Of a stretch of 64,000 bases of DNA, positions 14,801 through 29,200 are shown piece after piece. Under the pieces are notes generated by a model. It worked only from the letters and a program-made list of their open reading frames with translations, was not told the origin of the DNA and did not search any database. The DNA lies in the IMG/VR virus record IMGVR_UViG_3300045988_083604, positions 35,147 to 99,146 of that record. The stretch is one strand, 5' to 3'. The translations under genes and the position numbers were made by a program. Every line of letters begins with the position of its first letter. Position 1 is the first letter of the stretch. This DNA comes from a virus.

Positions 14801-17800
14801 TTGTTTTTTAGGCTGAGTAGTTTTCTTAGGTTTAGAAGGTTGTTTTGGAAGTGCTGACGTTTTTACTCCGTTAGCAAAAACATATGGTGCTTTAAACATA
14901 TCATCACCGTGAGTTCCGACATCTGTAGTAAGTTTGTAATTTTTTATCATCCAAGCTAACACCAATGGGTTTTTTCTACTTCCGTCTTGATTATAAAAAT
15001 CATCATATGAGAATGTAAAGTTTACATTTCCGAATGGGTTAAATACAGATATTGGTTTACCATTAGATTTTTTTCGTTGTTTTTTATCATCGAAAAAATA
15101 TTGATCTAATACACTATACAACGACTGATCATCTAATGTTGACATTAAACGTTCTATATTTGTATTCCAATGCATATTTTTCTCAATCAATGCTATAACA
15201 TGTCTTCTGTTTTTTGCACATTGTTCTTTCAATTCTTCACTTGCATTATCACTTGGAAATAATTCCTACATTTTATATTCATGCAAAAATGCCTTATCTT
15301 CGTCGTCACGATCACCTATATAGAAAGAAATGGTACCATCAGCATGTTCAATATACGCAAGCTGTTTGTCAGAATAAAACCCTAATCGTTGTGACAGATA
15401 TGCATTTTTCTATGATGGTTTTATGTTTCCAAACATGTCCGGTTTAACAATACCGATAAGTGTTTGTTTACCATGATTTATTAATAAATCTGATAATGCC
15501 TCTATTGTTTCATCACTAAGACCTATTGTGTTCAAACCTCGTCTACCTAAAACAATACTTTGTTTATTTATACGTTTTGTAATAAGTCTAAAAGCAATTT
15601 CTGCTAAAGATGGTGGATTGTTCAAATCTGCAACCCCATCTAATGTGAATGATTCTGTTACAGTATCATCGGAAGGATCTAATTCCGTACTTAATTTTTG
15701 TTCTGTAAGTTGTACGTATACTTGTTTTTTAGCTGTTCCCGGCTAACTTTCATCCGGTACTTTTATATATAGTTTACCAGCTTTTCCAGTACCGGGTATT
15801 TCTTCAGAAGTTCCGTTTATTGGTCTAATCCTATTAGGTCCTGGATTTTCGCCAAAAGGACCTGTACCAACACCAAATTGAATTTGACCACTTTCAATCT
15901 CGTCAGATATATCAGAAATAGTGGTACCAAGATGAAAACCACCTAATTCGCCAAATATAGGTCTCTATATAGATGTTCCAAAATCATCTCTTTGATTGTT
16001 TAAATTACCATTTGTCAATTGTACAGATTGTGGTTGTACATCTTCGCGAACTTGATCTGGAATATTATATGTACCATCTTCATTTCTAGTACAATATGCT
16101 TCAATTATCTACTTTCTCTATTCACGCAAACGCTGCAAATACTCTTCTATTTCGTTATTTGTGAAAACTCTTAGATTTTTAGATATTGCAGATTGTAATC
16201 TACAACGTTCTTGTAATTCTTCATATTGTGATATAAACTTTTCAGCCCACTAACGTTCGGTTAACGATGTTTTATATTTGAGATTATATGCTGTAGTTAT
16301 TGATTGTAAAGCGTTATTTAATAAAGCATGATATAATTCTGTATTTACATTTAAGAATTTAAGTCTATTTATAATATGCAACAACCTTGATTCTTCTCCT
16401 TTTATAAAATGTCTAGCGGAAGGTTCACGCATTGCAACATTATATATTATGTTTGGATTATCAGGGTCTTCCATAATCATAACAACAGTTAAATCATCAG
16501 CTTCTGATTTGTCATAACCACTAACAATATAATATTTTTTTGTAATTCTACTAAACCATCCAGGTATTGATAACATTTTATTCAATTCTGCACCAGTTGC
16601 CATCTGTTTGTCGGTAAATATTGGTTTACCATTGTGTTCATATGGTATTCTAACATCAGAATCCGGTCTATAATTAAATGGGTTTCCTATTTCAGACGTT
16701 ACAACAGATCTTTCAGCTTCGACTTTACCTTCATCAACCTATTCGTCATACATATCATCTAACCCAGAGAAAGATAATAATTCGTCATCTATAAGTTTGC
16801 CTGCTATAGTTATCGAACCATCGTCTTTAACGTCCAAATCATTTAAACTGTTATCTTCATCGGATTGTGGAACGTGAATTAATTGATCTTTATTAGGAAT
16901 GGGATATTTATCATAAAATTGTTGAAGTACATAATCTATGTCTGGAGCTATTCTATCAATTTCTTTTATACAATCTTCATAAGAAAGTCCACGGACCCAT
17001 CTTTCTAGAAACTATTTGGCGATACGTGAAGCTGTTTCTTTATTAACAAATACAGCATTCATTATATCATCAGTGAGCTAAGAGATTGCAGAAATATGTT
17101 TTGACTCATCGTGTAATTCATCTTGTTTTTCATCTTTTTCCTGCTATCCCTCATCACCAGATTCATCTACTGCAGGTTCATCTATTATCGATTTCTATTT
17201 TTGTTCACCTGTGTTTGTATTAGTATCGTTGTTTTCTGGTGCTTGCGGATCTTGATTTTGAGTTGGTGGAATTATTGTAACAGATCCATCTTTTCCGATT
17301 TCAATGTCTGCTTCACCTCCAATCTACTCCTCATCATTTTGTATATCTATAATCTGTCCTTCGGCATCTTCTACAACAGGTTGTATATCTTCATTATTAT
17401 CTTCTACCTAAGGTTGTGTAAGATGATTATCGTCTGAAAGTTGTACGTCCGGATTGGAATCATTATTATCATGTAACGATTTTATAATTTTATCTAAATA
17501 ATCCTTTATATGACGTTGTGCATTTTTACCATTTTGTACACCTATATCCGTTTTACCAAACAATAAATTATTTAAAGATTCAGAATCTAATTGTTGACTA
17601 TTTGGATTTTCGCTGAAAATCAAATGACCATTTTGTCTAAACCACATCACACTTTGTTCATATGCAAAGTTTTCATTTAGTATTTTTTGAATTTTAGAAA
17701 TTTGATCGATACCATAACCAACTTCCATTTCTTTAATTCCATCTTTTATAAGCCAATTTCCTTTCTCGCCATGTACAGAATCACCGATTCCAAAAAATGG

Positions 17801-20800
17801 ATACCATTGATTTTTGTGTTTACCGTCTGTACCACTTGATGATTTATAAAATGGAAGTAAAACACCATTTATATTTGCAACAACAAATTCTCTACCATTT
17901 ACAATACCCCATTGTCCTGTAAGTGTTCCGTTTTTTACGAGTGTATTATAAATATCTCGAATTTTATCTAATCCTGATAACTATTCTTCCGACTCTTTGT
18001 TTTCCTTTTTACGAATTGCTTCATAAGCTTTTACAAATTCATCAGCCCATTCTTCTGAAATGTTTAGTTTTTGTTGTAAATATATTGATGGGTCTGTTGT
18101 ATCATTTGTAGGTTTCTTTTTTAACAAGTCTATTGCCTTAATTAAAGCTTCACGTTTATGTTCAGCTTCGTCTTGCATCTGATCTTGTTTTTCTGCTTCT
18201 TCTATAGTAGTATTTTCACCAACATAACCTTCTACAGAAGTATTCATACTTGCAGAACCTCCTTCTACATTTTCTTCAATTAATTGATCTATTGCATCGC
18301 TGGTAATAGTTGCTTTTTCAGCTTTTCTTTTTGCCTTTTCTGTAAGTTCATCTGATTTTTCACCATATACCTTACGTCTAGCTTCGTCTATTTGTTTTTG
18401 ATGCGCATCTATGTCCTATTCAGTAACCTACTGTTTTGCAGTTTCTGTTGCCTTCTTTTGGTCTTCGTCTTGTTGAGACTGAGCCTCATTTATTATCTTT
18501 TTTTGAGCTTTTTCATCTCCATTATTAGCATTATCTAAATCCTAAATAGTTAAAGGTTCTTCCTGTTCTTTTTCTAAACGAACCATTTGTCTTCTCTAAA
18601 ATCTGTCTGACATATCCTATTCTATTATAAGATGTGCAGCAGATTTTTCAAGATTTTCAATTTGTTCTTGTTCATCAATAGGTGTGAGTGCTTTATCTGT
18701 ACCTCTATTTTTATCAATATCCTCTCGCTTTTTTTTCAATTTAGAGGCTTGTAGATTTAACAATCTATTTCGATTAATCCATTCTTTTTTGAAATCTAAA
18801 CTACTCACATCTTCACCTTTAGCCTATTTTTCACGAACAAGATTGTTCTAAAAATTAGTACGTTGTTCATCTGTAAGATTTTCCCATTTTACACGAGGTA
18901 TATTAAATCTGACGTTTTTAGGATCTACAGAATTAAATGCATACGCTTGGTATTTCACAGACAATGCATGTAATATCGCATTATTTAGTGAGTTTACTGT
19001 TATTTTTTCGTTTAAATCTTCACTATTAACAATATCTTCGTATTTCTGTAATAATTTTTTATTATTTCCTTCGTTTACAATCAATGAATATTTCTTTTCT
19101 ATAGCATTAATTTGATCTTTTATGGAGTTTTTCATACCATAAAGACTTTCTATATTTATTTTATATCCGAAAGCTTTTTTTATCGAAGAAAGTTTGTCGG
19201 ATTGAGAATTTAATTTACTATATAAACCCTTTAAAATACGAAGTTTCTTTAGATTATATAAAGTAGTAATGATCCTGTCTGCATAATCTTCCTCAGATAA
19301 ATTCAAATCATTCTCAATTTTTTCTTTTTCGGTTTGTAACGGTTTTACTTTATCTTGGTATTCTTTTTCTCTAGCTTCATCTTCAGCTCGTTGTTTTTCT
19401 ATTTCAGACTGTTCAGTTAATACAGGAGATGCACTTGGTTTATGATATTTAGCATATAAATCATCGATCTACTTATTTATTTCAGAAATTCTATCATTTT
19501 TTTCAATCTTATCAGAAACATATGTTTTTTTAATTAATTCTTTAAATGATTTTATAAGAGGTTCGTTTTCAATATTCTACGATTCACCTTCTTTATATTG
19601 TCTTACATTTCTAATTATATCATTTAAACGAGAAGTCACATCATGGTCGCTGATATTAGCAAGTTCTGCAACATTTTTAAAATCCAAAATCACACGAGAC
19701 GCCTATTTTACATACTCTTTATGGTCTTCAGATCCTCTAGTTATGTGTAAATCATCTAATATTTTATTTTTCTTTTTGTTAGTCTCTGTGTATACATTAT
19801 AAGCAGTCCTGGCTAAAGTAATATCATCTTGTAAATCTTGATCACTTACCACTTCGTCATTTTTCAAATATTTAAAAGCTTCATACGATTTTGCAATTTT
19901 GTCCGCATTTCCACCATTTTTAAAACTATCAAAAAACATACCAAGATGAATATCATCCTATTGTGCTTTATAATTATTAGCAACATATCGCATCAAATTC
20001 TTATCGAATTTGTATTGATTTATATATGCTCGTAACGATTCTGGGTTATTTGTAACTGATGCTAAACCTTGATGAAGTAAACCAAACCAAAATGATGTTA
20101 AAGAACCAATTTCCATCTGTTGTCGTAAAGAATCGCTACCATTTAATGGGTCGCCAAAATCCAATCCAAAATATGCTAATACAGATTCTGTAGCAAGTTT
20201 TCCGTTGTCTACAAGTGATCTTAAATCGACACCTCTACCATAATCATAATCCGGAGAACTTTCGTCATAAACCCCTCTCCCATATCTATCTTGTAGAAAT
20301 GCCTGTTGTCCTTCTTCAATACCTTCGCTAGCTGCAACAAATGCTGCTTTTTTACCAAGACTTAATCCGGAATTTATTAAATTGCGTCTTGCAATTTGTT
20401 TTTCTATAGAACCTCCATATTTTTTAAGAACGTTGTCAATTTTTCTACTTATAAAACCTTGTGCTAATCTACGCTTTGTTTCAGATGATATACTATTTTC
20501 TGCAAATTTTGAAACAGCATCAAACATATCTTCAGATGTATATCTAAGATTTTTTTTGTATACCATATTTCTCGCAACTTTGTCAGCATAGTCTTTAATA
20601 ATAGAACCTCCAGATCCGGCAAATGGTAATGCTTCTATATAGTCCATATACCCTAAAGCGTTATTTTGTGCTTTAAGTTTGTTTATACCTAACCTCGCAT
20701 CTCGTTTGATTTTTTCAAAATTTGAATCACCTGTCTGGATATTATAAGAAAGTGCTAATTGTAACAAGTCTTGTTCATTAAGACCTTCTGTTTCAATACC

Positions 20801-22216
20801 ATTTGATTTACAAAATTGTTTTGTAATATTCAATATCCTGCCGAGATTTATATTGTTCTTAATAGATTCATCCTGTACACGTTGTAAATAAGCGTCTGTA
20901 GCTTCTGAATTTGTTTCATCTTGACGCATTGAATAAGCTGTAGCAACAGATCCGAGTTGTGTAAGAAGTTGCACAGATAATCCGGCAACTGGATTTTTAG
21001 CAGCTAATGATTTAGATATCGCACCACCTATCCACTATAAACCTAATTGAGCCATAAACGCTTTTGCAGAAGAAAAAGAAGATCCTATTTCAGGTAAAGA
21101 ATATAATAGTGCATTTATTCCCTTTTCATTCAAATCTCGAAACGGGGAATTGGTAGAGCTTTCTTGTTCAAAATTTTTATCGATATTTTTAGGATTATAA
21201 AACCACGAACCTTTTCTATATAAATCAAGTGTACTTTTTACATTGATAGATTGTTCGTCAATATCTGGTTGCAGATCTTTTATACGTTTATCTATATCTT
21301 TTTGAAATAATTGTAATGATGCTCCGTTTAAATGTTCTAAATCATATCTTTGTAATTTTTGTAAATCAAATTCGTTTAAAGATCCTCTGGCAATAGCGGC
21401 TCTTGTGTGTTTTTCTGAAGACGGGTTTGAAATAAAATCAAGAAAATTAGATGCTCCTTGAACTGCTTTATTGAAAAATCTTAAAATTGAATTATCTGGT
21501 TGATCTTTAGAAACATGATCTAGAGCATCGAATGCAACTTTTGCTCCTATTTCACCAGCGTCTTTAAGGTTATCTGGAGCACTGTTATACATTAAACGTT
21601 GTAATGTTGGATTTGTTTTTATAGCTTGTTTATAATAATCAATTTGTGTCTAAAAATCACCATATTTATTTTCAATATCCCTTTGCAATAATTGTGCATT
21701 ATACATATCACCATTTAATCTATACACATTTAATTTTTGCAAATCATTTTTATATTGATCATATTTATCTATAAAGTCTCTAAATCCTTCTAGATCCGAT
21801 TGTTCCTATTTTAGATTTTGTAATTCTTCTTCTTCACTACCAAGATGAGATTGTAATTGTCTCTTAACAGTTTGATTCCATGCAGACGTCCAATCAAAAT
21901 TATACAAATCTGATGGTATACTTGCTACGTTTTTAACACCTTTCCATATACCATCAGCAAGATTACCAAAAAAACTACTGTCAGAATCATTTTCAACAGT
22001 TGTATCCGAAGGTGTTATTGGCTAATAATAATCCGGACCACCTGTTTGAGAGTATTCACTTGTAAATTCAGGATTGAAATATACACCAGAGTTTACATTC
22101 GATTTTTCCTAAACTCGCAATTCTTCTGAGGAACCTTGCCTCATACTTTGACCAATGTTGCCATATAATGTAGCATACCTAGGATTGTATATCTATTTGT
22201 TTTTCTTTTTAGCCAT
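5834..22216 (-). CDS. giant (~5460 aa) crAss-like late/virion polyprotein; possible RNA-polymerase-associated giant protein; contains HEAWH motif
   Basis: More than 20 ORF pieces from 6461 to 21035 all share one frame and terminate in TAG where inspected. First non-TAG stop found is TGA at 5834. Begins MAKKKNKQIYNPRYATLY. RNAP relation is inferred from crAss gene content, not from a motif I identified. Confidence 0.65.
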
Positions 22217-22222
22217 AATTAT

Positions 22223-24130
22223 TTATTATTCTAAATTTTCAGATCTTGCTAAAGATTCCGCCTGTCTTTCGCCGGCTAACTTGTATGCATTAGAAGATCC
22301 ATACTGTGATTTATCATATTCTATATCACCAAATGCTTGTGAAGGATTGTCTTTTTCCGTATACGAAGTTGAAAATTTAAATAAATCTCCGTATTTCCTT
22401 TCTTTATTTTTATCTATAAACTATTTAGATGTGTCTCTAACGATTCCAAGATGTTTCATAACAGCGTTTTCAGATAAAGGATTTGAACTATTGGTGTTAT
22501 AATATTTCATAAATTCAGCAAGTTTATCTTTCGTTATGTACGTATTAAAATAATATGTATTTACTCCAGATGTAGTGCTTCCAGCAGACCTATCTTGACG
22601 AATTGTTTCACCAGTCATGTATGCTCTAATATTATTTGATTTCAACCAATTATTAAACATCTTTTGAAGTTTTGATCCTTTTCTACCATACATACCTTTT
22701 ACTTTTATTGCAGAATATGTATATTTTCCAGTACCGTAGTCAACAACTCTATGTTTTTCTGTTGTCCCAGGAATAGGTTGCCATTCATTACTAATACTGT
22801 TTTTCATTCTGGTAGCGGTTTTTCCTGCAAATTCTGCTGTTTTGGAATTTATATATTTCGCAGTTATTTCCGAATTACCTTTCGTCATATTATCTTTTAA
22901 ATCCTAAGCATATCTAGAGCGTAATGAATTAGTAGGTAATACAGTTCCATTTTTATCTACAGTTAGTAATGGTGTTAATCCTTTACCAGGATTGTATGGG
23001 TTTTTCGAAATAGCATTCCAATAATTTAAATATGTCTGTGCATCTTTATATTCTTTAGATCCTTTTTTACTCCTATTACGAATATTTGTCCAATATTTCG
23101 TTTTATATGATACCAATGTTGGTAACCATTTTACAATATTATCACGCTATGTATTTGTAACTGTTCTGTTTCTTATAGACGATTCGCTAGCAGGATATAC
23201 TTCTGGCGTTTCATCTTGATGCTACAAATTATGTTCAATCTATTTTAATCGAACACTGTAACTAAACTTTCTAGCTTCTGCAGCTCTATCATATTTATCT
23301 TTTTCCGCCAACATAGCATATGGATCCGTTTCTGGAAGCATTATCAATTTTTCATGATGAGATTGAGCAATATCAGATATAAACTATTTGCCGACTGCTT
23401 CTTTAATCTCCTATTCTGTGGCATTTGGATATTTATTCTTAAAGCCTTCTTCTATTAAATGTTTATAATATTTTCCAAGGTCTGTATTTGAAAATGCTTG
23501 AGCTCTAGGTTTTGCAATATTTATAAGATCATTCATATCAATACCTCTCCAAAGATATCCGTTTTTAGAACCTTTATCTGTAGGTTTTATTTCATCATAC
23601 CAATCGTTAGTAGCCTTACCCAATGTCTTATATACGCTAGGTGCTGTTCTATCCCATTGTCCATTTTTAAGTGTTGAGAAATCGTTGAAACTTGGTAAAC
23701 CTGATTGTTGTAGTAAAAAATCTTCAAATTGTTGATCGTATTCACCCCTTCTTCGAGCATCTTGTATTGCTGCAAGATATTGCTAACCTATTTTAGATGA
23801 TTGTCTTAACTAAGCTATATCTCCAACAGGTGTTGTTCGTATAAGCCTTGCAACGGCTGCTCTACCTTCAGCTGACCGTAATGGATCTATACCTCTTTTT
23901 TGTAAATCGTCTAATAAATTATTCATTCTTCCATATACAAGTCTATCATAATCCTTCACATCTTGTTGAAAAGGAGATGTAAAATCACTGTATTTAGACA
24001 GATATTCATCCATTCTTTTTTCTCCGGATTCATATTGATCTTTTACAGCATTTAAATAAGCATTCATAATACCAGTATCATATAATTCTGGAACAGGCAT
24101 GTCTACTGGCTAATCATATCTATATATCAT
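22223..24130 (-). CDS. conserved phage structural/hypothetical protein (~635 aa)
   Basis: Pieces at 22421,22904,23411,23810 in one frame joined through TAG; MIYRYDQPVDMPVPELYDTG start, TAA stop at 22223. Confidence 0.65.
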
Positions 24131-24135
24131 AATAA

Positions 24136-26289
24136 TTATTGTTTATACGGATTAATAAATGGAATTGGTTGAGGAATATTTACTAATGACTTAGTTAAAT
24201 CCATAAGGCTTGGTGATACTGGCTTATACGGATTTGTAAAAGTTACATTTTGAGGAATAGGTACCAATGATTTAACAAGATTCATAAAGTTCGGCTAGAA
24301 TGGTTTATATGGATTTTTAAAATCAACGTTTCGAGGAACAGGTACTAATAATTTAGCAAGGTTCATAAAATCTTTATTATTTGGTACGGATGTAGATGTG
24401 TCGCCAAACAATCTATTAATTCGATTTTTACGCCCTGTTTTACCCATTAAATCCTCACGTCTTATACCCAGGTCATCTTGATATAATTTAACAGTATCAC
24501 GCCATCTACTATCATCTACGCGTTTCTTATCCCATCTGTAGATATTCTCCATAAAATCTTTTCTAGCTTGGTTAGCCATTGCTAATTTAGCAGCATGTGC
24601 TTTTTCAAACGCATCTTGGTCGTATCTCATAGCATTTGTTCTATTCTCTCTATCAGCTTCACCTGCACGCATTAAAGCATCGTAATATTGCTGTTTATAT
24701 TTATTATTCTATTCATCAGCTATTCCATAAAGCTTTGCAGCATTATTTATATAACTATTATAAAGATCATTTCTCGCAATATATTTCTAACCTGCAGTAA
24801 GACCTCCTGTTTGGTCTATATTATATTTATTCTATCTAAGACTATCTCTATACTCTTTAAGTTGAGGATATATGTTATATCTAAGACCAGCTAAACCATT
24901 TAATGCTCTATTAGCGTATTGATTTTGACTATATGTATCATACTTAGGAATACTTTGTTTATTGACATTTGACAATCTAGAAAGTGCTTCTGTAACTCCT
25001 AAAAGTGACGGAAGTCCAATCTGAAGTTCATTCTACCAATCTTTGCCAATCGCATATTGTCTTCTATAATTATTCATTTGTCCTTCTATATTATGTTGTT
25101 TTGCCTATTGTTGTGCGAGATCTTTAAGCTTATTAAAAGATTCTTGTTTTGACTGTTGTATATTTTTATTATACAAATCACTTGTAGCTTTAGATAAAGA
25201 ACTCAATTTACCATATCGTCCAACTTTGTTCTAAGCTTTATTCATACTTTGAATTTGCATAGTATACGGTGCAGCTTGCCTTGCGAACGTATCACCAGTT
25301 CTCCAATCAACATCATTACCAAGTATTACATTACTATCATCTTCTCTTACAGACGATGGTTGATTATCAACACCAACTGTACCTTTGTCAACAATAGTTG
25401 CACTACCGTTGTTGAAATCTATAATAGATTCTCCTTTACCAACGTTGCTTTCGTGCGGTCCATTTATAACACCGTACGGAGAATATACTTGTTTGTAATC
25501 ATCTTCGGATTTACCATTATTATAATACTTAGAATCTTTTCCTCTATTTGCTACTAATATTCCATCTTTAGTATTTCCATAATCCTACAAATAATCCTAT
25601 TGTAATCCTGTGGTTTGAGCACCTGCTTTATTAAACGTAGTGATAGCATTTGCTTTCTGTTGTGCAACAGCCATTCTATGTTTTAAGATCCTTTTCTTAC
25701 GTGCAGCAGAAGCTCCTCCGAATATACCTCCTATAAGAGTTCCTACAGCAGCTCCAATACCGGAGCCAAGTGGACCGCCTATCATACCTATCGCAGCACC
25801 TGCTCCAGCACCACCTCCAATAGCTTTCATTGTGTTTCCAGATGTTTGAGCTTTAAGGTTTGCAAGTTCTGTATCTTCGTCAATACCATTTTGAATATCA
25901 TAACCAATTCCATTTATCATACCTTGTGAGGTACCTGCATTCGATAACAATTGTGATTGATTTGCAACAGGTTGTTTATAAGCATCTATAAGATTTCCTG
26001 CAAAAGCGATACCTTGTTGTACCATCGCACCGTAGTTGGCATTTTTAAGATTTGTTTTAAAAGCACTAGGACCTTTTGGAACGTTTTCTTGAGGACCTTT
26101 AGGAGTTTGAGGAGTTTGTTGAGCGGGTGTTTGGTTAAAATTTTGGTTTTGCGGAAGAGTTTTCTAATAGTCTAAAAATTCTTTAGCATCATCAGCAGGA
26201 CCATTATAAGAATTCCAATCTAGAGGATTTTTACCGACATCAAAGCTTGGTCTCTAATTACGTATATATTTAAAAGCTGTTAAATCCAT
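24136..26289 (-). CDS. virion-associated protein (~717 aa) with glycine-rich hydrophobic segment and C-terminal triplicated repeat
   Basis: One recoded frame from MDLTAFKYIRN to ..INPYKQ*; contains AIGGGAGAGAAIGMIGGPLGSGIGAAVGTLIGGIFGG. Confidence 0.65.
24142..24393 (-). repeat. three degenerate tandem protein repeats of ~26 aa at a C terminus
   Basis: DFMNLAKLLVPVPRNVDFKNPYKPF / NFMNLVKSLVPIPQNVTFTNPYKPV / SLMDLTKSLVNIPQPIPFINPYKQ. Confidence 0.85.
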
Positions 26290-29200
26290 GATTTTCTAAA
26301 TTTATTTATTATATAAGAAATCGAAGTGTTCTTTAAATTATCTATCTCACAAATCATATATTTACCACGTTGTCTATTTCCATATTCAACGTTTCCATAT
26401 CTTGGTATAGAATATCTAAAATTACCTTCTCTGTTTGTAATACCAATTTCACTTCCAGATTTCTATACTTCTGAATTTAAATTTGTAGACCATTTAAATA
26501 TACAGTCGTTATAAGAATAATCTTTTGTTAATTGATCGTTTGTTATTATCTCTTGATTATCAAATACTTTTGTTTCAGTAGGTGATGTATTTACTACATA
26601 TTTTATAATAGTATTTGGATATAATGTACTATTTTTAGTATTCCATTTGTTTATAACTAATCTATTGTCTTCACAAGACATCAAGTATATATCATTGTCG
26701 AATGTAATACTTTCTTCGAAATCAACTGTATATACAGATGTAAACGCTCTTAATAAACTACTAAATGCTAAAGATTGTTCTTCTCCATTCTTTAACAATA
26801 CTTTTGAAACAAGTTCATCATAACGTTTATCATAGAATAATTTTGGTTGTTTTATACCACACCTTTCATGCATTATATTTTGTGTACCGAACATCTTATT
26901 CATCGCAACGCTACCATCTGATGTCAACTATTTCAATTCGTTGTTATGCGAATCAAACCAGAATAGAGCTGTAGAAGATTGAGCATCACAATATTGTTCT
27001 CTATGCATTCCTGTTTTTGTATCCAAATAATCATATCTTGATAAAACACCTCCGGTTCCTAATACAAGTGGTTTTCCAGAATCATCTGTTATCTGAGATC
27101 TTTCATTCACGCTAAATTGACCAAATGCGTGTTCCTACCAAAAGAATAACTAATTATTAAAGGTTCTAAGGTTTGTTATTTCACCATATCTGTCATCTAC
27201 ATCTAAGAAGTTTGCAGGTTTGAATACACACCACGAATCACTATTTTCATTATTAGTCTTCTTATCTGAGTAATAACATCTGTAATCTACGCTTGTGAGT
27301 GTATTTGAATCTTTTGATAAATCTGTAGATTCTGTTGATTTAATTTGAGGTTGTATAGAATATGCAGAATTGTACTCATATTGTGGTTTTTCCTAAGTCC
27401 ATATTGAATTAACTTGTGCAGGATCTTCTTGTATATTGGAAGCTTTACCATCTGTCTATGCACTAAACTCTACTCCCGATGTATATGCAAGATTTATGCT
27501 TGTTTCAACAGGTATTGAATAAACAAGACACGCAGTTACAGACATTCCTACATTCTTATCATAATATTTATGACATGATACATATTCAAACGGTTGTATG
27601 TAACAATCACCATTAAACACATTTGCTACTTTCTAATCTGCTGCAAATACATCTCCATAAGATACATATGTATTCAAACATCTTGCTGAATAATCATATC
27701 CTCCATAAGGTGTTGTTCTTTGACGTAGATTACACAAATATGTTCCAGATATACTACTTCTGTATATATTTATTTTAGTTATTTTATAAGTATCATAGAT
27801 ATAATCTACATATGCACTATTGTCTTTTGATTCTACGGATTGATTTGATTTGTATATTATGTTACCATCTTCTTTTGCACCAGGTATTACTTCAAAATCA
27901 CCTGTTGTAAACCCGTTTGGAATTTTATAATCATTATCTGTAAACCCAGCAGCCTATACTGTAAGTGTGTTCGTATGAGGTTTTTGTATAACGTTTGTAC
28001 AAATATTTTTATAAAATATATTGTTTGCGTTTTCTAATTTCAACAAGATACAAGACCCTCCAGTACCCATTAAAGCAGATCTTCCGTCACAATCATCGAG
28101 TCTATTACGATATTTATCATCAGATACAAATATACCAAAAGCATTATCAGTACTCAGTACTTTATTAGTATTATTAAACGTACCGCTGTCTACAACATTA
28201 CAGTATTGTAAATTGCCAACTACAACCGTATCGTTTGTATATTTTGCAGAATATGTTGTAGTCTTATTTGCGGTTTTAGAATCAAACAAACCATTCCACG
28301 GTATTTGTGAAACAACATTACAAGCCTATACTTTATAAGAGCGTTTATTTTTATTCAAATCAATAGTTTCGTAATCTGTATCATTTCCGTATTTTGTTTT
28401 AACAAGTGATGATCCATATATTCTATTAAATACGATATTACTTTGTTCATACAGTTTAGTGTATCCAAATTGATTATAATTGTATATATTATCAAGACCA
28501 TCAGCGCTTCCAAATCCACGTACATAACATGTATTGTCTATATCACCTATTGTTTGATATGACATAAATGATGGTGCTTTACCAACTGTCCTAAAAACAT
28601 ATTGAGCACCTCTATATTTATCAAGTCTATGTTCGTTTAAACAAGCAGGGTACGCCTAATAATATGAAGGATTTGTTCTACCGTATGGTTGACATATAAA
28701 CATTGACTATAGACCACTTATCGGCTTCTTTTTATTACTATTCTCGTCATCAGATTCATATACTATATATGTAGATAATTTGTATTCTATTTTATTAGTT
28801 AATCGACCATATAAATCTTTATATATGATTTCATTATTATATATAGGGTTATTACCATCATCATCGGTAGTTACATTAACTACTTTTGGAGGTAGTGCTA
28901 AATTATGACCACATATGGAAGACCCTATATAGTCATATTTTAAAGACGTATCCAATGAATAATCTATACCATACTGTTTTGCTTTCCACGGACGATCAAA
29001 ATTACGCATTTTTTGTGGATATGTTAATTTATTCGTATTAGCATGATGTCCAAACAAATAACTAACACTATTTAAATATATCTAAGTATTATCTACAACC
29101 TATTTAATGTAATCAGTATTATATACAACTTCCGGACATATAAACTAATATAAATCATGATTATCAAAATTATCAGCTTCTGGTAAACCAACTGTATCAT

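Noticed and set aside
1128-24100. Massive pseudogenisation or frameshift errors because ORFs are short and broken
   Set aside because: Breaks are TAG where inspected and frames are retained over kilobases; joined proteins are coherent and a matching suppressor tRNA exists
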